Shown: piece after piece, positions 6,886 through 16,775 of the stretch
How positions within the stretch are numbered: the first letter of the stretch is position 1
Layout: each line of letters begins with the position of its first letter
DNA from: an uncultured virus (IMG/VR IMGVR_UViG_3300025751_000004)
Lineage: Duplodnaviria > Heunggongvirae > Uroviricota > Caudoviricetes
Virus record (IMG/VR): IMGVR_UViG_3300025751_000004
Strand: one strand, 5' to 3'
Length of the DNA stretch: 20,000 bases
Made by a program: the position numbers and the translations under genes
Notes under the pieces: generated by a model
The model's database searches: none
Seen by the model: only the letters and a program-made list of their open reading frames with translations
What the model was told of the DNA's origin: nothing

Positions 6886-9800
6886 AATCAGTTAGGTCTT
6901 GCCATCCACTAGCGAGTTCTAGCAGAGCGTTTCTGTACGTAGGACTGAGTGCCACACCTTGGTACATGTCAACACTGGTTTGCATATGTTGGTTCAAAGA
7001 ACGCTTCAAACTCTTTGGAGTTATAGATGCCTCAGGATGGCGTTGATTGAATTTTTGCATTTCTCTAAGCACGTTATCAACTTCCTCTGCATCATTCTGA
7101 CGCAGGGCGATGTAGTATTTCTTAGATAGCGCGGATCGTTTGGTGGTGACTGCCTTGTCTATACCCTTCAAGATACGATTCTGGTCTGATGCTTGTGTGT
7201 AACCTGCGGGTTGTATGCCAAACAGAACACCCATAAGCTCACCAGTTGTCATATCATCGTATATTGGGTCACCTCTTCGACTAAACGCACCGCCCTCTCT
7301 GCTGTAGCGACCGAGGCTCTTCATTGCGTTAGCCACCGCTGTAGGCATTAGGTTTTCAATACCTCGTTCAATCTGCCCGTCCCCAAGATCTTCTATGCCT
7401 CTTTTAATCCGGTTCGCGGTGGATAGTGCAGGACCACCGATGTAGAACCCTATCGTTTCTTCAAGCGATGGATCGGGGTTATATTTGTTCTCTTGTATAA
7501 GAAGACCCGTCAACGCGGTACGTGACGCAGTATCTAGCCCTGTCATTGCGACCAACGGACCTTTATACCAGCCTTCACCAACTTGCTTCCGCACAAGCGT
7601 ATCAAAATCTTCCTCTTCATCGTCAAGGAAGAACATGTTAGCTACAAGACGTACTGCACCGTACAAGGGTATACCTTGCAGACCCGCAAAGAATATCGCC
7701 GAACCGTGTAGACCAAGAAGAATCTTAAACGCTTCTTTACGCTGTTCTGGGGGCAACTCTTTATCGACCATGCGTTTTGCCTGTTTAAACATACTGTAGT
7801 ACATCTGCAGTCCGTAGCTCTTGTACATCATGGCTACGCGCCCGATGTTCTCTCGTGCTATACTTGGTCCTGTCTCTAGGTACGCACCGCCATTGGCCTC
7901 TTGCGTCATATAGATAGCTTCCTCGGCGGCTTCCATTTGCTGCTCTGCTGTTGGATTACCTTTGCCCTGTGTAAGTTTATCTATATGTAGGTTGTACGCT
8001 GCAATCATAGTGTTCTGACGGTTGAACTTTTCCACGTGGTTAAACATGTACGCAGATATGCCAGATATTTTATCCATAATACTGCCAGCAAGTCCCCCCA
8101 AAGTGTCTTTGCGCATAGCCCTAGCTGCTTCGTCCAGACCCATACTTTCTGCGAGATAACTTTGGCTAACAAGCTGCCCTCTCTCGGCTGCTACTTTTAC
8201 AAGCGGCATGAGATCCAATAGTTTTTGACGCATTGCATCTGACATCTTAGGATCAGCTTTCAAAGATATATTACCGTCGAGATCCATGTCATAGAAGTCA
8301 CGCAAAGAGTTTTTAACATTAATAGTTATACTGCCTGCTTCTTTAATCGCCTTTGTTGTCTGGGCATAACCATACTTGGCCCCCAGATAGGGCATAACAA
8401 ACAGAGGTATCTGCGTCCCGTTAACTAGCGCAGAGGATGCGTTAAACCCAATAGTATATATAAACGCAAATTGGTTTAACCTGCGACCCACGTCTTCGAT
8501 AGATTTGTTTTTAGCGCCCTGCCGTGCAAATCTGGCTCTACCTAACAACTCAGCCTTCATATCCTCAAACACCGTATCAGGAACGTCTGCGGGCTGTTTC
8601 GTGTTTTCAATCTGCTGTTCTATCAAACGTATTTCAGAAGCGGATTTTAGTTTCTGAGCTTGGACCGCTAGGTCGTAACCTTTTGTCCTAAGAGCATACA
8701 TGCTGTCTTCTTTGTAGCCGGGTGTTCCTTTACGTTTTTGCATGGATTTGGCAAAAGACGTTTCAGGTAAGGTCGCTACAAACAACCGCATAACTTCTTC
8801 TATAGCCTTATTATCTACCTTCGCCTTAGATAGAGAGTTCACAACTTCAAACACAAACGAGGTGGGAGGTGCTTTTTGATAATCTTCAATAGTTGCCTCG
8901 CCTTGAGATCTTTGGACATTTTCAAATCTAGGATCAGCTTTTATTTCCCTGAAGGCTCGGTCGCGTTCAGCTTTTGTAGTAAACATCTCAACTACATACT
9001 CGGCACGTGCGTTGGGGGCGTTCTTAACACCGTAGCTCAACTTGTAGTTGCCTTCTCGAACAAGAGGGAAGTAAACCTCTAACGTACCAGCATCAAACAA
9101 CTTCGCATAAATATCTTTCTTGACCTTTTTGACTACTTCAGGATCGCCTGCCTCTTTGCCAAGCTCGTCAATCTCTTTCAGAACAATCTTTCTTGCCCGT
9201 TCAAACTGTTCTTTGTAGTGATCACGCATCTTCTTATAAGCTAATTGCCCGTCTCCACGAAGCCCGTTATCGCGTATAAACTTCTGTTGTTCGTTCCAAA
9301 TGTCTAATTTAGTCTTATTTGGGTCGTCACTTTGCTTGTCTTTGTAGGCTTTTATAGCTTCTGCCTGCGGCAAAAACGCATCTACTTGGTAAATGGTTGC
9401 ACCGAAATCTTGACTGTAAATAAGTTCATTTAGTTTGGCTACTTTCGCATTACCCATGCGCTTGAAGATACCTTGAACCTCTTCGACTACCTTCTTTGTA
9501 GCTTCCGTAGCAGTGGTTATTGACCCGCGTTGACGGAGGATTGCGTTATCTAAATCAAACCCTAACCTGTTAAACCCAGACACTTGTGCTATATCTGCTA
9601 GTCCTTGGTTAGCCACCAGCTTTAAATATATTCTACGCGGTAAGGTTTTTGCGCTGTCTAAGAAATCTCTAGCTGTATCCACAAATTCTTGTTTATCAAA
9701 ATCTTTAACCAGTTTGCGTTGCACATCGCCTATGTCTTTTGCTACCTTTTTGACGTTATCGCGTGTGCCAAGAGCAATCTTACCCGTCAGCCTTTGCGGT

Positions 9801-12800
9801 GGCGTAGGGTTAAGTATCGCCATAGTCATAGCATCAAAATCATCTAAGGATTCTAAGTTGCGTTTTTCTCCTAAAATTCTTGTAGCAATAAAATTTTCTG
9901 CCATCTGCAGGTAGCTAATATTTTTATTATTCATCATTGCGGATAGGCTTGACCGAAACTCTGGGTTAGACATAGCTTCAGAAAAGAACTCTTTTATATC
10001 CGTTGAGCCATATTCTCCATCAAACTCTTTCTGTACCTCTTTAAACAAACGTTGAATGGCTACAGGTACACCTTGTTCTATTTTTCGCAGGGTCAAGGCA
10101 TGAGCTATTTCGTGCATGAGCGCGTGAGCATCTCTGCCTTTATCCTTATCTAACGTGATGGTTTTTGTTTCAGGATCATAGATTCCGTCAGCCAAATCGC
10201 CGTATCCGTCTTTAAGGTTTTTCTTGGTCGTTAGCTTTATTCCAGACCCTTTGAGCAACTGCTTAAATCTAATCGCATACGCTTTTAACTTAGGAAAACC
10301 TTTAGTTTTAGATAGTATGTCTAACGCAGTATCTATATCGCCAGCATCTATGGCTGCTTCTAAGGGTTCATTTTTAATTTTTAATTTGTTTACCGCTGCG
10401 TATAACGTTCCCCCGTTCTTCACGTCATCTATAAGATCGGGGCTAAAATCGGCTTTAGGATCTTTTTGTGCAGCGTTTTTTATTTCGTTAAGTATGGTAC
10501 GGTCCCTGCGAGACATGGGCATACTTTCCATAAACTCAACAGTTTTCTTGGCGTTATCAAAAGAACTACCCCGCTCTAGCTCCTCTCGTTGACGCGCAGA
10601 CGTAGGGTCTTCGTCTCTACCATATTGCTCTGTGTCTGGACGTCTTGCGCGTTTGCTGCCTGCAGCCCCACTTTCATTTATAACTGTGTAATACGCCTCG
10701 CGTATGCCGTCTGCAGGATTAGGGTATTTTGTTAGGTATTCGTTTACCGCATCTTTTGCCCCGGATACTTTTTTAAATAGCCTAGCGTTAACTTCTTCAG
10801 AGAATGGGTTAGACGTTACAGGTATTTCCTTAGCATTACGCCGTTGTGCAGGAGTGGCTTTGCGGTTGAATTGTTCTGCTATTTTATCGGCAGAACTTAC
10901 GTCTTGACTCTCTTGAGTTGCGGATGACTTTTTTGGTGCCAAGGACGGATCATCCACAAAAGTGACTTTTCCTGTCCGCTTTAGCGTTTTAGGATCAACC
11001 TTATATCTTGTGCCGGGTATTACTTGCCGTACTGGACGATCTTGAGATTCCATAGCGGTGCCACGCCCTATGGCGTACACGTCGGACCTTGCAGTGGCTG
11101 CTGCGCTTTCAGCTAATGGTCCTGCATCCACTACATTTCGTGCAACAAGAACCTGACCTGCTTTAAGAGATTTTGCGCGGCGATCAAATTCGGTTTTGTC
11201 GAACGTGCGTCCGACTGGAAATTCTATTATCTCTTTAGCATCTACCGTAAAGGGAACTACCTCTCCATCAGAGCCACTATAACTTGCGGCTACGTCACGA
11301 TTAGTAGAAGCAAACACATTATACCCATCACGAGGAGCAAGTTTGTCTTTAACGTCTTTGCGATTAAGACCCCGATAGAGTGTTAGTGCTTTTAATGCAC
11401 TAGGCTGTGTTCCTTTTGCAGTAGTAGTATCGACAGCATCACGCCTGACATCTCCCAGTCCATCCGTCTCAGATGTTTCAGGCTTTTTGGCACCTGTATC
11501 TTTTGCCTGTCTTGCTCCCATGCCTTGCTGATTACGAGCATCGCTCTCTCTACGTCCTGTGTCGTCAGGTGTGGGGGGAGATGAAAGTTCTCCAATTGTG
11601 TCAGATCCACTTGGTTCTCCTTCGTCAATGGTATAATTAGGTTTCGGGAGCAGTAACGGTTCTGTCCTTGTAATAGGCTCTTGCCCCATCCGACGGGCTT
11701 TTTCTCTGCCCACTGCAGCCATAAGATCGTCTTGGTCTTCACGTTGACCCTTGTAAGACTCTGCTACCCGTTGGTCTGGCCCCTGCCTCTCCGGTGTTTT
11801 AGCACGTTCTTCTTCTACTATCTGTTCAAATTTATTTATTGGTATGTTACGGGCAGCAAGTTTCTCCCTGTCAAACGTTACATCGCCCGTTCTTTCAAGC
11901 TCTTCACGTACTTCTTTGCGAGTATCTATAAGTTCTTGGTTTGCGGTTAGTGACCCTATCCCTAAATCACTCAAGTCGGTTACCCGTTCTCTCGAACTTA
12001 CAAACTCAGGTCCACGGTCAGCTTGCCGCTGCATTGCCTGCACCGCTGTGCGTCTTAGATTAGACATCTCTCCTGATGGGGCCGATTCAGGCGGTCCTTG
12101 TCTTTCGGGTATTTTTGCGGCTTCTTCCTCTATAATCTCAAAGACCCGTTCAGGAGCAATACCATCTACGCCTTCTACAGCTTTTACTTGGTTGGCTAAC
12201 TCTGCAGTTAATGCGCCATCGGTATTAGGTAGCTCTTCTGCTAACAAAGCTCTTATTTGCTGCTCTGCAGGAGATTCGCCTGTGGATGTGGGTCCAGCCC
12301 TGCGGGTATTAGCAAACGAATCCACAAGGAACTGTAAGGCTGCACCCGCTGTACCACCTAACGCGCCAGCTTCTGCGGTACCACTATCAAACACAGCACG
12401 ATCTGGGTTGTACCCACGTTCTACAAGGTTTTGCACGACTTCAGACGCAGCTTCTTGGGCACCTTCTGCGCCACCTGTTATAGCCGCACGTTGTATCTTT
12501 TGTCCGATACCAGTAACTTCTTGTGGCCCAAGATCATTTATAAGTTTACCTACAAACGGCAATTTAGCTACTGGTACAATCCGACTAATTGGCAATGCCT
12601 CTGCCGCACCTGCAAGTAAAATACGCGGGTCATTTACAGCACGTTGACGTTCTTCTGGGGTGGCCCCCGCTGCTCGCGCTCTTTCACTAGCCTCGCCTTT
12701 AGCCACATTAACACCAAGACCAAGGCCCGCTGCTGTACCTGCTAAACCTGCACCAACACCAACTACAGGAGCGGCAGCGGCAACACCCGCTATTCCAGCG

Positions 12801-13204
12801 GCAAACCCACCAATAGACCCAAATGCCTGCCCAATTTTGTATGACAGCGCATCTGCTCCTGCGTCACTTGGCTTGAGCACTGAGGCGATGCCCATGATCT
12901 TATCACGTGCTGCTGTTTCTGCGTCTTCTCCAAGTAAAGTCCCTGCACCTAACGCGGCAGTCTCAAAGGTACCGACGAACCCAGCCTGCGTGCCACGTGC
13001 CAGTCTCCCCAACATAGTGCCATCGTCAGGCTCTGATTCTGGTAGGTCGAACCGGGTGAATAGCGGTTTGGTTTCGCGGGCGCTTTCACGTTCAAACCGC
13101 TTCTTTCGTTCAGCAAGACGTATGATGAAGGCATCTGACGCGTCCTCCGGTGCCTCTACTTTAACCTCGCTTCCGTCAGGGAAATCAACGGTAAACATTT
13201 TCAT
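6884..13204 (-). CDS. Large internal virion (ejection) polyvalent protein with ART-like, zincin metallopeptidase and PLxRFG-like regions
   Basis: 2106 aa. Gly/Ala-rich hydrophobic segment near aa 125-170; LYRG...VFASTNRDVAASY (11065-11386); HEIAH (10100-10114) with downstream EFFSEAMSNPEF; YFPLVREG (9050-9073); long helical C-terminal half. Confidence 0.8.
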   Translation of the reverse strand: MKMFTVDFPDGSEVKVEAPEDASDAFIIRLAERKKRFERESARETKPLFTRFDLPESEPDDGTMLGRLARGTQAGFVGTFETAALGAGTLLGEDAETAARDKIMGIASVLKPSDAGADALSYKIGQAFGSIGGFAAGIAGVAAAAPVVGVGAGLAGTAAGLGLGVNVAKGEASERARAAGATPEERQRAVNDPRILLAGAAEALPISRIVPVAKLPFVGKLINDLGPQEVTGIGQKIQRAAITGGAEGAQEAASEVVQNLVERGYNPDRAVFDSGTAEAGALGGTAGAALQFLVDSFANTRRAGPTSTGESPAEQQIRALLAEELPNTDGALTAELANQVKAVEGVDGIAPERVFEIIEEEAAKIPERQGPPESAPSGEMSNLRRTAVQAMQRQADRGPEFVSSRERVTDLSDLGIGSLTANQELIDTRKEVREELERTGDVTFDREKLAARNIPINKFEQIVEEERAKTPERQGPDQRVAESYKGQREDQDDLMAAVGREKARRMGQEPITRTEPLLLPKPNYTIDEGEPSGSDTIGELSSPPTPDDTGRRESDARNQQGMGARQAKDTGAKKPETSETDGLGDVRRDAVDTTTAKGTQPSALKALTLYRGLNRKDVKDKLAPRDGYNVFASTNRDVAASYSGSDGEVVPFTVDAKEIIEFPVGRTFDKTEFDRRAKSLKAGQVLVARNVVDAGPLAESAAATARSDVYAIGRGTAMESQDRPVRQVIPGTRYKVDPKTLKRTGKVTFVDDPSLAPKKSSATQESQDVSSADKIAEQFNRKATPAQRRNAKEIPVTSNPFSEEVNARLFKKVSGAKDAVNEYLTKYPNPADGIREAYYTVINESGAAGSKRARRPDTEQYGRDEDPTSARQREELERGSSFDNAKKTVEFMESMPMSRRDRTILNEIKNAAQKDPKADFSPDLIDDVKNGGTLYAAVNKLKIKNEPLEAAIDAGDIDTALDILSKTKGFPKLKAYAIRFKQLLKGSGIKLTTKKNLKDGYGDLADGIYDPETKTITLDKDKGRDAHALMHEIAHALTLRKIEQGVPVAIQRLFKEVQKEFDGEYGSTDIKEFFSEAMSNPEFRSSLSAMMNNKNISYLQMAENFIATRILGEKRNLESLDDFDAMTMAILNPTPPQRLTGKIALGTRDNVKKVAKDIGDVQRKLVKDFDKQEFVDTARDFLDSAKTLPRRIYLKLVANQGLADIAQVSGFNRLGFDLDNAILRQRGSITTATEATKKVVEEVQGIFKRMGNAKVAKLNELIYSQDFGATIYQVDAFLPQAEAIKAYKDKQSDDPNKTKLDIWNEQQKFIRDNGLRGDGQLAYKKMRDHYKEQFERARKIVLKEIDELGKEAGDPEVVKKVKKDIYAKLFDAGTLEVYFPLVREGNYKLSYGVKNAPNARAEYVVEMFTTKAERDRAFREIKADPRFENVQRSQGEATIEDYQKAPPTSFVFEVVNSLSKAKVDNKAIEEVMRLFVATLPETSFAKSMQKRKGTPGYKEDSMYALRTKGYDLAVQAQKLKSASEIRLIEQQIENTKQPADVPDTVFEDMKAELLGRARFARQGAKNKSIEDVGRRLNQFAFIYTIGFNASSALVNGTQIPLFVMPYLGAKYGYAQTTKAIKEAGSITINVKNSLRDFYDMDLDGNISLKADPKMSDAMRQKLLDLMPLVKVAAERGQLVSQSYLAESMGLDEAARAMRKDTLGGLAGSIMDKISGISAYMFNHVEKFNRQNTMIAAYNLHIDKLTQGKGNPTAEQQMEAAEEAIYMTQEANGGAYLETGPSIARENIGRVAMMYKSYGLQMYYSMFKQAKRMVDKELPPEQRKEAFKILLGLHGSAIFFAGLQGIPLYGAVRLVANMFFLDDEEEDFDTLVRKQVGEGWYKGPLVAMTGLDTASRTALTGLLIQENKYNPDPSLEETIGFYIGGPALSTANRIKRGIEDLGDGQIERGIENLMPTAVANAMKSLGRYSREGGAFSRRGDPIYDDMTTGELMGVLFGIQPAGYTQASDQNRILKGIDKAVTTKRSALSKKYYIALRQNDAEEVDNVLREMQKFNQRHPEASITPKSLKRSLNQHMQTSVDMYQGVALSPTYRNALLELASGWQDLTD

Positions 13205-13215
13205 GGCGAATTACC

Positions 13216-15258
13216 TTATCGTCTCACGTAGGGCGTATTTCCACCTGCTATACCTTGTTGCCCGCTTACTCCACTACCACTTAAAGAACTGCCCAGTAAC
13301 GCTATCGCGTCTTGATATAGATTTAACATGCCTGAAGCCTCAAAATACAAATCTGTCTGGTATCTTGCGGCCTTTCGTATCTCATCCCCAGTTAGATCAT
13401 TCTGTAGCTGTACAATTCTTGTTTCAATGGCTGACTTTTTGTCGTCTGTTGCCATTGACAGTCGCTCTCTAAGCGCATCTATCTCCCCCTGTTTTGTATC
13501 TGTAAGCACTTTTAATTCTGCGAGATATGTGGCGTCGTAGCTTGCCATGACTTTACCAGCTAGTGTTCTTGCTTCTGAGTCTAGTTCGGCTTCTCTTTTT
13601 GCTAAATCTTTAGCTGCTGCAGCGTCTAGTCGTTTGTTCTCTGTTATGTCCGCTATTTGCGCTTTCTCTAGCTCAATCTCGTTTGTTCTTTTCATTACTG
13701 CTATTTTGGCTCGTTCAAGATCTTTCTGTTCAGCATCGCTTTGCTGCTCGTATGCAAACTTTTTAGCATCTAGGTCAGCCCTCAAAACGGCTAAATCTCT
13801 GTTTGCTGCAATATTCTGACTGGTTCTAAGGTTAGCCATTTTCTCAGAGTATACTTTTGCAGCAGCCTCTACAGAAGCCTTCCCTAAATCACTGTCTATC
13901 TGCATACCTGAAAGTTCAATCGCATTACGCTCATTAAGTCTGAGGCGTCTGTCTTTCTTCTGGCGCATACGTTCATTCATTGCACCTGCGGCAATCCCTG
14001 CCCCCGTATAGCCAAGGCTAGATGTACCCGCAGCGCCTATGAGAGCCGCCGTAATCCGATTAAATTTTTCCTGTTGTGGGTTATAGTCGCGTTCTTCTAG
14101 CGCTTTCATTTCGTCAATCATCCGCTCTATAGCGTCTGCTTTTTCAGAACGACCAGTTATTTCGTCTACGAGACTCGCAGTGTCTCGGAAACTAGACTGC
14201 ATATCAATGTCGCCTACACCCATCGGATCTTTTATTTGGCCCCGCTTAAACTCGTCTAACGTGCTATCTAGTGTATTTTGTGCAATTGTAGGTTTTTCTC
14301 GTGGAGCGTCTGCTTCCACTGCGGCAGGGGGTGCTAATTGCGCAGGTGCCTTTGGCGGCGATAAAGAAGCTATGCCCGAGCCTTGCTCGCCAACAGTGGT
14401 GGGCAACATCGTTTCCGTACCCCGTTCTGCAGCTAGCGATAGTTGATTTGAAAAATCAAAATCTCCTATTTTATTTACAGGGTTTGTAGAGTCAGGTATG
14501 CCAATGTTTGCCCCTAAAGCAGAAAAGTTAAAGGGAGCACGCTCTCCCGCAGTTGCTTCAAACTTAGGAAAATCATCTACCAAAGCCTTTAATTGTCTAG
14601 CAGTAAGTTCACCCGAATTTAATTTTTTTATGATTTGCTGTGCTTGAGCGCGTCTAGTGCTAGACTGTGTTTTAAAAAACCCTTCTCCGTAATTAGCATA
14701 AGGCCCATATGCGTTACGAACCGCCGCTCTTAGTTGGTTTTGTGGGTTATTAGGATCGTCTACAGGGGAAGTGAGAAAATCTGCTATTGTTCCAATACCG
14801 CGCCCAAACGGTGAACTATCGACACTACCGCCCGGTTGGAATGCAACAATGCCCCCACCAGCTAACTTCTTAGGCATAGCACCTTTAGGCATACCCGGCA
14901 TACCCATCAAACCAGCTATACCCCCTTGTGGTCTAGGAGTTCTGGCTAATTGCTGCAGGTTTTTTGCTTGATCACTTTGACGTTTACCTAAAATACCCTG
15001 CGTTTGCTTGACCATATCATCTTTAGTACGCTGAAACATTTCTTGTTCGCGCTGCTGTTTTATGGTGCTGGGCTGTTGTTGCATCTTTAACTGCATATCA
15101 CGTGCAGCAGCATCCTTCTCAGACTTCAACTTTTGCAGGGCAAGAAGGTCTATCAACTCTTGGTTTTGTTGGTAACGTTGCATAAGCTGTTGTGGGTTAG
15201 CACGATATGCGTCCACTTTACGTTGGACCTCTTCGTCCATTCTCTGGTTACCGATCAT
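13216..15258 (-). CDS. Putative internal virion/ejection protein (680 aa)
   Basis: Gln-rich coiled-coil N-terminus, GG motifs (PQGGIAGL, LAGGGIVAFQPGGSV), a hydrophobic AALIGAAG...GIAAGA segment and a coiled-coil C-terminus; lies directly upstream of the giant protein. Function inferred from context. Confidence 0.65.
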   Translation of the reverse strand: MIGNQRMDEEVQRKVDAYRANPQQLMQRYQQNQELIDLLALQKLKSEKDAAARDMQLKMQQQPSTIKQQREQEMFQRTKDDMVKQTQGILGKRQSDQAKNLQQLARTPRPQGGIAGLMGMPGMPKGAMPKKLAGGGIVAFQPGGSVDSSPFGRGIGTIADFLTSPVDDPNNPQNQLRAAVRNAYGPYANYGEGFFKTQSSTRRAQAQQIIKKLNSGELTARQLKALVDDFPKFEATAGERAPFNFSALGANIGIPDSTNPVNKIGDFDFSNQLSLAAERGTETMLPTTVGEQGSGIASLSPPKAPAQLAPPAAVEADAPREKPTIAQNTLDSTLDEFKRGQIKDPMGVGDIDMQSSFRDTASLVDEITGRSEKADAIERMIDEMKALEERDYNPQQEKFNRITAALIGAAGTSSLGYTGAGIAAGAMNERMRQKKDRRLRLNERNAIELSGMQIDSDLGKASVEAAAKVYSEKMANLRTSQNIAANRDLAVLRADLDAKKFAYEQQSDAEQKDLERAKIAVMKRTNEIELEKAQIADITENKRLDAAAAKDLAKREAELDSEARTLAGKVMASYDATYLAELKVLTDTKQGEIDALRERLSMATDDKKSAIETRIVQLQNDLTGDEIRKAARYQTDLYFEASGMLNLYQDAIALLGSSLSGSGVSGQQGIAGGNTPYVRR

Positions 15259-15263
15259 AACAC

Positions 15264-16100
15264 TTATTCCTTGCCCATGCCAAACGCTTCACCAAACAAA
15301 TTCATAATCCCTCCTGCGCCACCTAAAACGTTAGACAACATAGAAGGTTCTACATAGCTATAAGACTGCGCAGCTATTGGTAGATTTTGCAGTAGTGACT
15401 GCATGTACTGAACTTGTTTATACGGGAAGTCTCTTTCTTCCTCGAACTGCATTCTATCAGCGGTTATGCCCTGCTGTTCAATATCTCTTTGCGTTGCGCC
15501 GAGGTCTGCTTGTTTTGTAATAGCCGCAAGTCCGTAAAGGTTAGCAGCGTCCTGTGCTTTCATAGCCCTATCTTGCTCTGTATTAAACTGCCCCATCGCC
15601 GTATTGTATGCGTCTCTGTACCCCTCACCTGTTATACCAGCCAAGTTTTGCAGTAAGTTGCGGCTAGACTCTGCCCCGACCAATGCGGAACGCGCTCCAC
15701 CATAAGCCCCCGCTTGTGTAAGCCGTCCTTGATCCTGCAGCAATTGAATCATTGCCTGCCGCCGCGCCTCATCAATTTGAGGTTGCAATGCTGCTTGGAG
15801 GTACGGATTCATGTACGTTTGAGCGTTTTCAGCGGTAAAAGTTTGAGGTGTATATGCTCCCATCGCGTCAGTAGGTATTGTGAGATTCGCTAATCCTTGA
15901 AACGCCGTAGATTGTAGATCGGATTCTCCAGCCGTAAGTGGACCCATGTAGGCTTCGTAGGGCTGTTCAGCAAGCGCCCTACCTCTGCCGAGCATCTCCG
16001 TTACATACGGACCTGCGTATTCAGATAAAACGCCTTCTCTACCTGTTTCTTGCCCTACTAGAGGGTCCAAAGGTGCTTTTACAGTTGATTCCGTTGCCAT
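15264..16100 (-). CDS. Putative DNA ejection/pilot protein (278 aa)
   Basis: RBS GAGGTG; YMNPY...AGAYGGARSAL motif, Gln/Ala-rich helices and a Gly-rich amphipathic C-terminus (NVLGGAGGIMNLFG), as seen in podovirus ejection proteins. Confidence 0.65.
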   Translation of the reverse strand: MATESTVKAPLDPLVGQETGREGVLSEYAGPYVTEMLGRGRALAEQPYEAYMGPLTAGESDLQSTAFQGLANLTIPTDAMGAYTPQTFTAENAQTYMNPYLQAALQPQIDEARRQAMIQLLQDQGRLTQAGAYGGARSALVGAESSRNLLQNLAGITGEGYRDAYNTAMGQFNTEQDRAMKAQDAANLYGLAAITKQADLGATQRDIEQQGITADRMQFEEERDFPYKQVQYMQSLLQNLPIAAQSYSYVEPSMLSNVLGGAGGIMNLFGEAFGMGKE

Positions 16101-16108
16101 GTATCACC

Positions 16109-16774
16109 TCACGCGGGTAGCATTTTTCTAGGGTCAATTTCTTTACCCTGTTTTTCATTGCCTGTACGGGCCTTACGTACACGAGATAGCATATTGTCTA
16201 ATACTTTAGCCCCTGCCTCTGAACTTCCGTTACCTAAATGACTAACTACATCAGCAGGGATTACGTATTCACCGTCACTTAAACGTGCTTCTTGCATACC
16301 ATCTATGTTTGCACGGACTTTATCAGCCATCCCATCAGTATCGCCATCTAAATACCGACCCTTTTTAAGTTCGGCTATACCCCCTGCCGCCATTGTAGTT
16401 ATAGGTTGTCTTTCTTCCCTTGCAGGGTTTGCTTTGTTTATAGCGGCTAACCCTGCTGCGCTCATAGGAGTTGGGGCGTTAGGTGTAACGTATTGCATGT
16501 CTGTAAAATAACGCTGTCCTCCACTTCCGGGTCGTCTGTTTGGGTCAAACGTATCAGGTACACGCTGTCTAGTCGAAGTATATCTTGGTATATCTCCTTG
16601 GTAGCCCACTTTGGGGCGTTCCCCTTGCCCAATTCCTAATGCGTTCAAACCTGCGGAGAATAAAATAGGCCCAAAGGGATTACCGCTTGTAAGCCCTGCA
16701 AAACTATCTTTGGTAATCGGGTCATCCGAATTAAAGTCTAGGTCGATTCCTGTAAGATCAGAAAGCCAACTCAT
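16109..16774 (-). CDS. Virion-associated protein with AxGG...DGMAD...LSDGEYVIPADVV domain (221 aa)
   Basis: RBS AGGAGG; the C-terminal MAAGG...GDTDGMADKVRA...RLSDGEYVIPADVVSHLGNGSSEAGA resembles a motif found in phage tape-measure and internal virion proteins. Confidence 0.7.
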   Translation of the reverse strand: MSWLSDLTGIDLDFNSDDPITKDSFAGLTSGNPFGPILFSAGLNALGIGQGERPKVGYQGDIPRYTSTRQRVPDTFDPNRRPGSGGQRYFTDMQYVTPNAPTPMSAAGLAAINKANPAREERQPITTMAAGGIAELKKGRYLDGDTDGMADKVRANIDGMQEARLSDGEYVIPADVVSHLGNGSSEAGAKVLDNMLSRVRKARTGNEKQGKEIDPRKMLPA

Positions 16775-16775
16775 A

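Noticed and set aside
11844..13472. Long plus-strand ORFs 11844-12647 and 12660-13472
   Set aside because: They are antisense shadows of the Gly/Ala-rich part of the 2106-aa gene, with Ser/Ala/Pro-rich composition and no motifs.
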